Below, one piece after another: positions 20,192 to 30,220 of a stretch of DNA of 64,000 nucleotides. Source of the stretch: an uncultured Actinomycetes bacterium (GTDB taxonomy: Bacteria > Actinomycetota > Thermoleophilia > UBA2241). The stretch spans positions 6,196 through 70,195 of the forward strand of contig CAWJRV010000005.1 of assembly GCA_963845355.1 (NCBI GenBank), written 5' to 3'. Each line of letters starts with the position of its first letter. Positions within the stretch are counted from its first letter, which is position 1. The notes under the pieces were generated by a model that made no database searches, was not told the origin of the DNA, and worked only from the letters and a program-made list of their open reading frames with translations. The translations under genes were made by a program, and so were the position numbers.

Positions 20192-21415
20192 TCAGTGCTC
20201 GAGTTGGTCGGGCTCACGGCTCGCCGCCAGGCCCGTCAGTGCAGAGCACATGGGGGCCAGCGACCACCGAAGGAACTGTCGCCGATCGGTGAAGGAGCGG
20301 TGGACCCGATAGGCGACCCTGCCTTTGGGAGTCACCATGTGCCGGGAGACCCAATTCACCAGTCCGTGCAGGACCGCCCCCGAACATAGTCCAGAAGCGC
20401 TCGCCCAGGCAAGGGTCTCTATGCCTTGGGCCGCCGAAAGCGCGTCCAACGGATAGTGTTTGCGGGGCGTGTAGAAAGGCTCTCCACGCGGTCCGAAGAG
20501 ATTGCCGGCGTAGAACTTCACGCCGCGTTCGACGGCCAGACGGATTCTCTCGTCCCCACCGGCGCGGGCGACAGCCCGCAAACCGTCCAGGACGAACCCC
20601 GTGTGGAACCCGTCCACCCACTGGCCCTGCGGATCCTCGGAATACGGCCACGAGCCGTCCGCTCGCTGATGAAGCGCCACGTCCAGAGCGGCACCGACGG
20701 CTTCTTCGACCAGATCGCGGCGCCGGCACAAGCAGCCGACCTCTGCCAGAGTGAATGCGGCAAGCGCGTTGGCGTTATGGACACTGCCGCCGTAGGACGG
20801 CAGATACCCGAAGCGCTGCCCGCCGTTCGTCACAGTTCTGGGAAGCGCCTCGAGGACGAACGTCGAGACAAGCTGGAGCTCTGTGCGGCAGTCAGTGAGC
20901 CCGCCACGCGTCACCTCGGCCATTCCCTTCGCGACAAACGCCGTCACGATGATATTGGGCTCCCCGGTTTCGCCGCCCGAGAACCGCGAATTGATGGGAA
21001 AGTGATAGCCCCAGGAGAGACCGGGATAGGCGGCGCTCTTCATCTCGCTCAGACGAGCCAGGAGATTCGTGCAAACCGCCTGACCCTCCCGTTCGGACAG
21101 GTCGCCGCCGCGCACGCTTCGCGCCACGACCATGAGAGCGTGTCCGAGCGTGTAGGCAGACACTACCTTTGGGATTCCGAGAAGTGGCTCAAGACTCACC
21201 GGGCAGCGCTTTACGACCTGGGTGGCGGCTCTCCGTGACGGCACGCTCAGACAGAGCCGCGCCGGGATGCCACCCGGCGCCATGGCGTCGAACGGATCGT
21301 AGCCGGAGAAGTCCTGCAGGACCATCTGTCGCCAGATGGCTCGCGAGAGCGCCGCCGGGTGAGCCGGCTCTCGAGACGTGACTGTGCTTCGGGATCCGGC
21401 CCCCCCGTGATCCAC
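20192..21415 (-). CDS. Hypothetical (alpha/alpha)-toroid protein of polysaccharide loci
   Basis: GYDPFD, WGYHFP, PNIIVT, HNANALAA, QRADGSWPY (QW-like repeat) and DGFHTGF; function not assignable; start uncertain. Confidence 0.6.
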   Translation of the reverse strand: MDHGGAGSRSTVTSREPAHPAALSRAIWRQMVLQDFSGYDPFDAMAPGGIPARLCLSVPSRRAATQVVKRCPVSLEPLLGIPKVVSAYTLGHALMVVARSVRGGDLSEREGQAVCTNLLARLSEMKSAAYPGLSWGYHFPINSRFSGGETGEPNIIVTAFVAKGMAEVTRGGLTDCRTELQLVSTFVLEALPRTVTNGGQRFGYLPSYGGSVHNANALAAFTLAEVGCLCRRRDLVEEAVGAALDVALHQRADGSWPYSEDPQGQWVDGFHTGFVLDGLRAVARAGGDERIRLAVERGVKFYAGNLFGPRGEPFYTPRKHYPLDALSAAQGIETLAWASASGLCSGAVLHGLVNWVSRHMVTPKGRVAYRVHRSFTDRRQFLRWSLAPMCSALTGLAASREPDQLEH

Positions 21416-21418
21416 GAC

Positions 21419-23589
21419 TCACCCGTCGACTTGAATGACCGGGGTCACGACCGGCGCGCCGGTCACCAGCGACTCCACGACCTTGAACGTCGCCGCCATG
21501 GAAGCCACGCAGTCCGCAAAGGACAACTCCGGCACGGGCCGCCCCGACGCCAGGTCGAGGAACGCTCTCATCTCCGCGCCATGGCCTTTGTCTGCCATCT
21601 GGGATCTAGTCGTGTGCGTGCGGCCGCCCTGGGTGAGGCTCAGCGTCTTGAAGTCGTCGATCATCATGACCTTGCCGGCCCAGAACACTTCGACGCGCTC
21701 CTTGTGATAGGCAGGGTCACCGGCGGCGGTGTAGACGATGGTCGCAACGGAGCCGTCTGCGAAGGAGAGCGTTACGGAAAGATCGTCGCTCAACAGTGGC
21801 GGCCTGTGCGCGGCAGCGCTGGCTGCGAACACGCGCTGCGGTGCGGCGCCGGCCAGGCAAGCGGCGAGGTCGACGAAGTGGCACAGCTCGCCGACGATGC
21901 GACCGCCGCCATCCTCGGGCTGCTGGGTCCAGTGGGTCGCGGGGACGGCGCCGGCGTTGACGCGGATGAGGATCGTCGCCGGTGACGTACGGCCGGTCAG
22001 TGCCGAAACGACCTTGCGCACGTGAGGAGCGAAGCGCCGGTTGAACCCGACCGTGGCGGCGGCCGACGTGTCGCGCTGGACGATCGCGACCTCGGCGAGC
22101 TCGGCTTCCGTCATGGCAAGGGGCTTCTCGATGAAGACGGTCTTGCCGGCGCGCATGGCGGCGATCGCCAGAGCGGCGTGCGAGGAGTGACGGCTGGCGA
22201 CGACGACGGCAAGCGTCTCCGGGTCGGCGAGGACTTCGTCCGCCGACCCGGAGACAAACGAGAACCCGTGGCGCTCGGCGACGTCGCGAGCGCTGAGCCC
22301 CGAGTTGGTGAACACGCCGCGCGCAGCAAAGCGAGAGTCCCTGGCGAGCGCCGGCAGGAGTGTCGCCGTGGCAAACTTGCCGGCGCCGAGGAAGCCGACA
22401 CCCACGGCACCCGCCGCGGGCTCGCCCGTAGTCGGCCGACCAACGAAGACGCACTCCCGCCGCAGCTGGGTCGCCGCGTACTCGAGCAGAACGCCGAGTG
22501 AGGCGCCGCCCCGCGAAACGGCGGCGTAAGCGGCCGCAGCGTCGTCGACGGGAAAGCGGTCGGTGATGAGCGGCTTGACGTCGATGCGGCCTTGCGCCAG
22601 CAGCCGGACGAACTCGGCCATGTTGCGCTGTTCGGTCCAGCGCACATAGCCGACCGGATAGTCGATCGCGTGCTCTTCGTAGTCGGGGTCGTAGCGTCCG
22701 GGACCGTAGGAACGCGACAGCTTGAGGGTCAGCTCCTTCTCGTAGAAGGACGCCCGGGGCACGCTCATGCCGACGTCGCCGACCACGACGACCGTGCCGC
22801 GGTCGCGCGCGAGCAGCCCGGCGAGCGCCATCGGGCCGTCGTCTTTGGTGCCGGCGGCAAGGATGACCGCGTCGCAGCCCAGGCCGCCCGTGGCGCCGGC
22901 CAGCTCTCTGGCCGCGACAGGCCCGGCGGCCGTCGTGACGGCCGCCGCCCCGAACTCCGGGCCAGCGCGCAGCGGCCGGCATCGGGATCGACGCCGACGA
23001 TCTCGCAGCCGGCGGCGCGCAGGATCTGCACGGTGAGCAGCCCGACCAGTCCGAGACCGATGACCGCGACTCTGTCGCCGACGGTAGCCGCGCTCTGACG
23101 CACACCCTGAAGGGCGACCGCGCCGACCGTCGTGAACGCTGCTTCATCGAGCTCCACGCCGTCGGGGACCGCCACGCAGAGGGTCGCCGGTATGCAAACG
23201 ACCTCGGCATGGCTTGCATACTCACCGCCGCCGCAGGCGACGCGGTCGCCCACCTTGAACCCGGCTGCCAGCTCACCGACCTGGGTGACGGTGCCGGCGG
23301 AGCTGTAGCCGAGCGGGCTCTGCTCCTCGAGGCGCGCCTTCACGGTGTGGTAGGTCTGCAGCACACCCTCGCGGCGGACCTTGTCGAGCACCTGCGCGAC
23401 CTGGTCGGGGCGACTGCGCGCCTTGGCAAGGAGATTCTTGCGACCAAGATCGAGCTTCGCCCGCTCGGTCCCGGCGCTGATGAGCGAGACCGCCGTATGA
23501 ACGAGGACGCCGTGCGGGCGCAACTGCGGCGGCGGCACGTCGCGCACTTCGATGCGACCGTCCTTCATGGATTGTGACACCTGCTTCAC
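21419..23589 (-). pseudogene. Bi-domain oxidoreductase (MDR/Zn-ADH plus Gfo/Idh/MocA) interrupted by a 1-bp deletion near 22957 (real or assembly error)
   Basis: N-half ISAGTE, PLGYS, GLGLVG; C-half SRSYGPGRYD, RWTEQRN, IEKPLA, GFNRRF. One extra G in CCGGAG joins them as LAREFGAAAV...GCDAVILAAGT. Confidence 0.85.
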
Positions 23590-23632
23590 GCGAGCGCTCC
23601 CGTCTGCGGATACCCGCTGCCCAGCGGCGTGC

Positions 23633-25105
23633 TCAAGATCCGGTTCCTTCCACCTGGCCCTGCCAGCCGAAGTGCGCCCGAAAGCCGAAGTTCCTGGACT
23701 TGCGCAGATCGGCGAGGCTCCCGCGCCATTCCGGGCGATTCGAGATGCACTCTACCTCGTCCGGGCGACAGTCCACGAGCGCAACACCGCGCGTCGACCA
23801 GGCCCGCGCCACCACGGGGATCCGCCGGTCGTCGAAGCCCATCAGGATAGCCGACACGGTGTCTACGACCACTGGGTTCAGCCCGCCCACCAGGACCCCG
23901 CAATGACGAGCATCCGGGTCCGAGGGACCATCCCCTTCGCCTCCCACGATCCCGTCGACCAGACAGAGCATGCGCAGCGGCGCAGTACGGCGTCGACCCT
24001 CGGCATCAAACCCGACCAGAGCCTTGTTGACGTCCAGGACCATGCGCCAGGCGGTGTCGTTGCCGAACCAGTTCCCCGATCGCACCCGAATGTCCGTGCC
24101 CCCGTAGACCAGCTCTCCGCCACGTTTGGCAAGGCGCGCCAGCGTGCCGCCCGTCCCTCCGCGCCCGGCGAGGACGCGCTTGTACAGCCGGATCGCTCGG
24201 CTCTGGAGTCTGCTCCCACGGTTCCCCGGGGGGAACTCGTCTCCGCCGTGGTCGGCGGCGCCAAAGGAGAAGTGGGGGAGGCAGTTGCGCAGCCCGTTCA
24301 CCCCGACCATGTTCTTGAGGCACAGCGTCACGCCCGTCTTCTTGTGGGTCTTGAGCTTCGCCAGGTCGATCACGACGTCGGCTGCCATGACGGTACGGCA
24401 CATGACGTACCGATGCCTGCCACCCGAGTGGTAGGAGGCAGTTTCCGACACGTCGTAGTCCGCGCCGTAGAACGACGCGCCGACGTCGCGATCGGCGAAT
24501 TCACTGGCCTCGTCGAGCGGTACTTCGACATACCCGCGGGGGTCGCCGCGTAGCGCTTCCCTCTCGACGAGCACGCCGCCCTTGCTCACCCAATGCTCGC
24601 GTCGGAGGTCGAGCAGCTCGCACTCTGACCCCAGCCCACGGACATGGTCGCGGACGAGCTCGAGTCCCGAGCGTCGCACGATGGTGTCGAACGAGGAGTC
24701 GGTCTGGGGGCCATCGACGATCAGGATCTTGCCGGTTCCTTGCAACGCAAGCGCCACATAGTCGACGATGGCGCGCACCACTGAACCATGAGTGATCACT
24801 TGATGCCACTGGTCTTCGTCGCTGAGGCGAGACTCGCGAATGAGGTTCGGCTTGATCGCGACGGTGTCTCCGGCCCGCACGATGTCACTCAACGGGTTCC
24901 AGGAGCTCGTGCCGAGGCGCCCCTCGTCGAGCTTCAGCGCGGCAAGGAGGTCCCGGACCGCGGCAAACACGCCGTTTTCCTCCGACAACGGCTGTCGCTC
25001 GTCGGGAAACTCCGGATAGTGGGTGTCCGGGTGGAAGGGCGGCTCGGCCGGATAGGTCGCCGCGGTCTCTATGATGGCTGCCAGTGACGACGACGTGCTG
25101 CTCAT
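23633..25105 (-). CDS. DUF362-domain protein
   Basis: VAIKPNL, KLKTHKKTGVTLCLKNMVG, DGIVGGEGDGP, NPVVVD and LMGFD; ATGA overlap with the upstream gene. Confidence 0.85.
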   Translation of the reverse strand: MSSTSSSLAAIIETAATYPAEPPFHPDTHYPEFPDERQPLSEENGVFAAVRDLLAALKLDEGRLGTSSWNPLSDIVRAGDTVAIKPNLIRESRLSDEDQWHQVITHGSVVRAIVDYVALALQGTGKILIVDGPQTDSSFDTIVRRSGLELVRDHVRGLGSECELLDLRREHWVSKGGVLVEREALRGDPRGYVEVPLDEASEFADRDVGASFYGADYDVSETASYHSGGRHRYVMCRTVMAADVVIDLAKLKTHKKTGVTLCLKNMVGVNGLRNCLPHFSFGAADHGGDEFPPGNRGSRLQSRAIRLYKRVLAGRGGTGGTLARLAKRGGELVYGGTDIRVRSGNWFGNDTAWRMVLDVNKALVGFDAEGRRRTAPLRMLCLVDGIVGGEGDGPSDPDARHCGVLVGGLNPVVVDTVSAILMGFDDRRIPVVARAWSTRGVALVDCRPDEVECISNRPEWRGSLADLRKSRNFGFRAHFGWQGQVEGTGS

Positions 25106-26520
25106 GGGTCGATGGTCTCCCCTGGGTGGCCGTCGCCGCAGGGCGGCTGCTCTCTCACGACAAAGCGAGTCTTGCCTGACCCGGCTACCCGCAGGTCGTC
25201 GACGAAGACGACCCGGACAGGCACTTCGGCGAACAGCATCCGGGAGATGCGCGGCTCCAGGATCTGCTTGATGTCTCGCGCGCGAGCGGGGTCTGCGGCG
25301 ACGCGAACGTCTACCGCCAAGTCGGGATGTTGCACGATCTGCGAGCATCGCACGCCCGACAAGTCCTTCAGGGCCCAGGTGAGCACGCTGGGTGAGACCT
25401 CCCTGCCGGAAGGGGTCCTGAGGGAGTCCTCCACCTTGGTGACGACCGGTTCGAGAATGGGGAGCGTACGCCCGCATCGGCACGACGCGCCGTGCCGAAA
25501 CACCAGGCGGTCACCCAGCTCGAAGCGGATCAGTGGCATGGCTTTGTTCAGGAGGCCCGTCACCAGAGACGGCTGCGTCCCGGCGCCCCCTTCTTCGAAC
25601 TGTCCGTCAACGTAGCCGTCAAGGACGCTCAGGTGGAGCGATTCGAACTCACACTCGGCCGCCGAGACGATGCGCTCGGCACAGCCGTACAGACCCCGTA
25701 TCGGGGCATCGACGAGTGCCCTTACAGCCTCGCGCTGATGCTCGTACAGGGGTTCGCTCGAGTAGAGGATCGCTTTCGGACGCCACCGTTCATCGCACGG
25801 GCCGGCCAGTGACGAGAGCGAGGCCAGAGCCGATGGGTACCCCTGGAGAAAGGCCGGCCGGCGCTGCTCCAGGAGTCTCTTGAAGATGCCGGCCGCCCGG
25901 TCGTCGAGATGAAAAGTCGACAGGTAGATGCGCCTGTCCATAGGGGATATCCGGTATGGTCGCGACGGAGACACGTCGCCCAGCGGCACGACGTGATCGC
26001 CTACGAGCCGCGCCGTCCAGTCTCCGCCGGCGTGTCCTGCCCAGAGCGTGCGTCGCCACCACAAGGCGTTGCTGGCACGGAGCGCCGATGGCTCGAGAAG
26101 CGTCTCCATCGGTGTCCCGGTGGTGCCGGACGTTCTCGTCGCGACGAGATGCCGTCTCCGAAACGAGTCGGAGACGAAGGCCTCGAAGTCGGCGAGGACC
26201 TCGGCGCGCGTCACGGGGGGAAATTCCGCCAGGACGGCCATGACGACCGGGGTCGGACCACGAAGCTCAGGGAGCAATCGGTGCAGGCCGCGATACCGTG
26301 GCACATGGCGTATGGCGTGGTCGAGCAGGCGGCGAAGCTGGTCGGCGACGTAGTGACGTTGCACCTCGACCGGCCAGGTCTCGCTGGCCCTCATCCGCCT
26401 CGCAAGCGTCTCTGATCTGGCGGTCGTTGCGCGAGTGCGGATACCGTAGACATTGAGTGCGACCTCCTGTGCGCGTGGAGGCAGGAGATCGTAAGCCCTC
26501 TGCACAGTGAGGGCGCTCAC
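25102..26520 (-). CDS. Phenylacetate-CoA ligase / CapK-like adenylate-forming protein
   Basis: TSGTTGTP P-loop, GYPSAL, YGCAE and AMPLIRFELGD. Confidence 0.88.
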   Translation of the reverse strand: MSALTVQRAYDLLPPRAQEVALNVYGIRTRATTARSETLARRMRASETWPVEVQRHYVADQLRRLLDHAIRHVPRYRGLHRLLPELRGPTPVVMAVLAEFPPVTRAEVLADFEAFVSDSFRRRHLVATRTSGTTGTPMETLLEPSALRASNALWWRRTLWAGHAGGDWTARLVGDHVVPLGDVSPSRPYRISPMDRRIYLSTFHLDDRAAGIFKRLLEQRRPAFLQGYPSALASLSSLAGPCDERWRPKAILYSSEPLYEHQREAVRALVDAPIRGLYGCAERIVSAAECEFESLHLSVLDGYVDGQFEEGGAGTQPSLVTGLLNKAMPLIRFELGDRLVFRHGASCRCGRTLPILEPVVTKVEDSLRTPSGREVSPSVLTWALKDLSGVRCSQIVQHPDLAVDVRVAADPARARDIKQILEPRISRMLFAEVPVRVVFVDDLRVAGSGKTRFVVREQPPCGDGHPGETIDP

Positions 26521-26584
26521 GTGATGCTCCCGTCGGCGCGCGCACGGCGGCTCGCAAGAGCTGCTGGCCGACGCGCTCCACGCA

Positions 26585-27778
26585 TCATGCGTCTCGCCCT
26601 GCGGCGGCGCGCTCGAGGATCGCCTTCATGCGTGCTACCCACCGCTCGAGGGTGTACCGGCTCTCGTACCGTTCGCGCGCCGCCCGGCCCATGCTCTCCC
26701 GTAGAGCGGGATCTCGCAGCAGCCTGACGATGGCGGCAGCCACGGCCTTGGGGTCCTGTCTGGGCACGACGAACGCCTCGACGCCGTCCCGGACCGTCTC
26801 CGCCAAGCCTCCCGACGCCGTAGCGACCACTGGCAGACCGGCGCTCATTGCCTCGAGCACCACCAGGCTCTGGCCCTCGTCCCACCGCGGCGCGAAGACG
26901 GCGACGTCCGCCGCTTCGAGCAATCGCCGGAGCTCGTCGTTGCCCACGGCTCCGGCGAAGGTGGTGGCGGCCTCCACGCCCGGCCGGCGCAGCGCGGCCC
27001 TCACGTGTGCCGTGGTGGCCTCGTCCCATACCGGCTGGCCGGCGAGCACGAAGCGTGTCGCCGGCAAGGCTTCGAGCACCATCGGAGCGGCATCCAGCAC
27101 GTCGAGGAGCCCCTTTTGAGGGATCAGGGCGCCGTGCGTGAGCACCGTGCCACCCTCGTGTGGCGCACGCGGCGGCGGACCGCCGGGCCACTCGTCGCGG
27201 ATGCCGTTGGGCACGACCGTGACCCCGCCCGGCGGCGTCGCCCAGCCTTCGAACTGCGAGCGCAGCGACTCGGCCAGCACGACGATCACACATACCCGCG
27301 CCATGCTGAAGCGCAAGAGGCTCTGCACGACCGCCGGCATGCGCCGGTAGAACGCCTGGTGCTGGGCGCCGTAGGCGTGCGCCACGACCGGCACAGAGAA
27401 GAGCCGCGCCGTCACAAGAAACGCGGCGTCGCGCGTGAACCCGGCGAGCGCCTGCGAGAGCGGCAGGTAGACGAGGTCGGGCCGGGCCCCCCGCAGCGTC
27501 CGCGCGAAGCGGGCGACGTGGCACAGCGCCAGCACCACGTTGCGCACGTCGAACAGGCCGACGTTGTCGATGCTCCTGTGGTCGGACGTGTCGAGGTGGA
27601 TAAGCTCGAGGTCCGGGTCGGCGGCTCCCTCGAGCAGCGCGGCCGTCATCACGGTCACGCCATGCAGTGGCGGCGGGACGGGCCCCACAACGAGGACCCG
27701 CCGCGGGTGACCGGGGCGACGTCCGGCGGTGCCGGTCAGCATGGTCGCGCGCCCCGGATCATCGCGCCCCCGCATCAT
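26585..27778 (-). CDS. Glycosyltransferase family 4
   Basis: GPVPPPLHG, PNG, KG and EGQSLVVLEAMSAGLPVVAT (EX7E); start could be 27742. Confidence 0.92.
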   Translation of the reverse strand: MMRGRDDPGRATMLTGTAGRRPGHPRRVLVVGPVPPPLHGVTVMTAALLEGAADPDLELIHLDTSDHRSIDNVGLFDVRNVVLALCHVARFARTLRGARPDLVYLPLSQALAGFTRDAAFLVTARLFSVPVVAHAYGAQHQAFYRRMPAVVQSLLRFSMARVCVIVVLAESLRSQFEGWATPPGGVTVVPNGIRDEWPGGPPPRAPHEGGTVLTHGALIPQKGLLDVLDAAPMVLEALPATRFVLAGQPVWDEATTAHVRAALRRPGVEAATTFAGAVGNDELRRLLEAADVAVFAPRWDEGQSLVVLEAMSAGLPVVATASGGLAETVRDGVEAFVVPRQDPKAVAAAIVRLLRDPALRESMGRAARERYESRYTLERWVARMKAILERAAAGRDA

Positions 27779-27789
27779 CGCGCCCCCGC
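27741..27789 (-). repeat. 16-bp tandem duplication (ATCATCGCGCCCCCGC x2 plus a degenerate copy) at a gene junction
   Basis: Exact copies at 27758-27773 and 27774-27789; each carries a GGGGG...ATG unit on the minus strand. Confidence 0.8.
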
Positions 27790-27790
27790 A

Positions 27791-28999
27791 CTATCGTTGC
27801 GTCCCCATGACACGACGATACGCGGCCAGCGCCTGCTCGCGGATCTCGACCGCCGAAAGCCGGGCTTCGACGGTCTTGCGGTTGACCTTCGCCGCGCCGT
27901 CGACGAGCTCATCGTCGGCGGCCGCCGCCTTGATGGCCGCCGCCACCCGCCCGGGGTCTTCCGGCGGCACGATGAAGCCGCTCACGCCGTCGACGAGCCA
28001 CTCGTCGGCGCAGGCGGTGCAGGACTGGATCGGAAACGCTCCGAGCGCCATGGCCTCGGTGAGCGACGTGCTGATGGCGTCGGAGATGCTGAGCCCCACG
28101 AAGATGCGCGCGCGGCCGTGCCAGCGCAGCATCTCCGTGTGTGGGCAGCGGGGGATGATCTCGACATCCAGTCCCGACGTCGAGGCGAGCAGGCGCGCCG
28201 CCAGCTCGACGTCCTTCGAGGCAAGGTAGACCGCGACCCGATAGCCGCGGAGGGCATCGGCGCCGGCTCCGATCGCGGCGAGCGCAACGAGCGCCCTGCC
28301 GGCCCAGTTCTGGTAGCCCTTGACCAGGATCAGGCGCCGCGTGGACGGCGCGCCGCACGCCAGGTCGCGCACGGTCGCGAGGTCGAGGCCCCCAGCGTTG
28401 GGAATGACGCCGAGGACCTTGTCGGGACGCAGGCCGCAGGCCTCGGCGAGCGCGACGTCGCGCCGGCACTCGCACAGGTAATGGTCGCAGTCGCGCAGCA
28501 CGGAGGCGATGCGGTCCGCGTGCTCGGCGAAGCGTCCGAACAGGTAGATGTCGCTGCCCCAGTTGCTGACGATCCAGCGCGGCCGGGCGCCCGGCAGCAG
28601 GTCCAGAGCGTCGTGCACGAGGTAGCCCGCGTGCTGGATCTCGAGCGAATGGACGATCCGCGGGCGCACCTTCGCGATGACGCGCGAGAGCCAGCGTGCC
28701 CGCCAGCCGGGGCGTCGTGCCTCCGCGGACCTGTCGAGGAACTGTGACGCCGCCTGCGCCGTCTTCAGGCGCGTCCAGCGCAGAGATCCTTCGGGTGCGC
28801 CCTCATCGCGACCGGCGAGCCACGAGTAGCCCAGATCGTGCATATGGACCCCGTGGATCGCCTCGTGCAGCGACGGCTCGAGAGAGGGGAAGAGGTGCAC
28901 ATCGTATCCGGCGCCGTCGAGCTGAGAGAGCCAGCGCGCCGTGTGGATGCTGTTGGCCATGCCGACCACGAGGATCCTGTTGTCGGCGGTGCTAGACAC
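27791..28999 (-). CDS. Glycosyltransferase family 4 (C-terminal half of the 809-aa ORF)
   Basis: RILVVGMANSIHTARW N-terminus, WGSDIY and SDAISTSLTEAMALGAFPI; GTG at 28999. Confidence 0.82.
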   Translation of the reverse strand: MSSTADNRILVVGMANSIHTARWLSQLDGAGYDVHLFPSLEPSLHEAIHGVHMHDLGYSWLAGRDEGAPEGSLRWTRLKTAQAASQFLDRSAEARRPGWRARWLSRVIAKVRPRIVHSLEIQHAGYLVHDALDLLPGARPRWIVSNWGSDIYLFGRFAEHADRIASVLRDCDHYLCECRRDVALAEACGLRPDKVLGVIPNAGGLDLATVRDLACGAPSTRRLILVKGYQNWAGRALVALAAIGAGADALRGYRVAVYLASKDVELAARLLASTSGLDVEIIPRCPHTEMLRWHGRARIFVGLSISDAISTSLTEAMALGAFPIQSCTACADEWLVDGVSGFIVPPEDPGRVAAAIKAAAADDELVDGAAKVNRKTVEARLSAVEIREQALAAYRRVMGTQR

Positions 29000-30220
29000 A
29001 ATCGCGAAGGGCTTGGGCAAACGAGGCGCGCGCCTGATCGGCGCCAAAGTCGCGGTGCGCGCAGCGGACGGCGTTGGCGGTGGTGGTCGGCGCAGCTCGG
29101 GGTCGTCGAGGAGCTGCTCCAGCCGGCTGAGCAGAGCGGCGGGGTCGGGTGTGTCGCAGACGATCCCGCATTGGTGTTTGCGCACATACCATGTGACAAA
29201 GGAATCGCGCGGCGCGTGCACCAGGAGCGGAACGCCGCTCGCGAGGTACTCTCCGAGCTTGGCCGGTGCGGACGTGCGGATCACTTCGGGGATGCCCGAC
29301 GCGAAGGCGAGGGGCAAGAAGAGCACGTCGGCCTTGCGCAGGAGGGCGGGGACCTGCTCGCTCGAGACATGCCGGTGGACCGTGCAGCCGTGCGCCGGGA
29401 TGCCGAAGCGCGCGAGGCTCGCGTGAGGCTCGGCGCAGTAGACGTGGAGCGCGGCAGGTTCGGGACGAGACCACAAGCCCAGGGCCTGCATGAGGCAGAC
29501 GAGGCTGTCGGCCTGGGCCTGGTAGACCGACCCTGTGTAAACGATGCGCACACCTGTGGCAGCCTGGGGCCACGCCGCTTGCGGCTCGACGGCGAGGTGA
29601 AGGTCGTCGATGGCGTTCCTGACGATCCGCGGCGTGACGGCGTACCTTGCGCAGTAGACCTCGGCCATGAACTCGTTGGGGACCACGATCGCCTGCGCCC
29701 TGCGCAGCGCGAGTCGTTCGAAGACGCCGGCGACCGCCCTCTCGGCGCGGCGATAGTGCTGGTGAGCGTAGTCGTCGAACAGGTAGGCGAGCAGCGGGAT
29801 GCCGGCCGCCCTGGCGGCCAGAAAGCCGGCCGGCAGGTCGACCAGATCGCCCGAGCAGACCACGAGGGCGTCGGGCCTCTCGAGCCGCAGGACCCGCCGG
29901 ATCTTCGCCGCTCGCAAGGGCACCCGCAGCGCCACGCCCGTCATGCGGGCGCCGGCACGGATCAGCCCGGGCCCGCTCGCCAGCTGGCGCCACGACTCGC
30001 CCACGGCGTAGGCATGAGCCGGCCGGGCGCCCGCACCGTCGCCGGACGCCAACCGCCGGGCTGCGTCGGCGACCGAGAGCCGATCCTGCCTGGACAGCAG
30101 ACAGTAGTCGTCGGCGCTGAAGCCGCCAAGCACTCTTTGCAGCACGATACCCTGTCCCCAGGGGCTCCCCGGCAGCGTGTGCGAAAGAACCGCGAACCTG
30201 GTGACGCCGGGGGCGCTCAC
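28992..30220 (-). CDS. Glycosyltransferase family 4 with a 1-bp deletion near 29087 that fuses it to the next gene
   Basis: IVYTGSVY and PAKLGEYLASGVPLL; the natural ending (TTANAVRCAHRDFGADQARASFAQALRDCV, TAG at 28992) lies in another frame. Confidence 0.78.
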
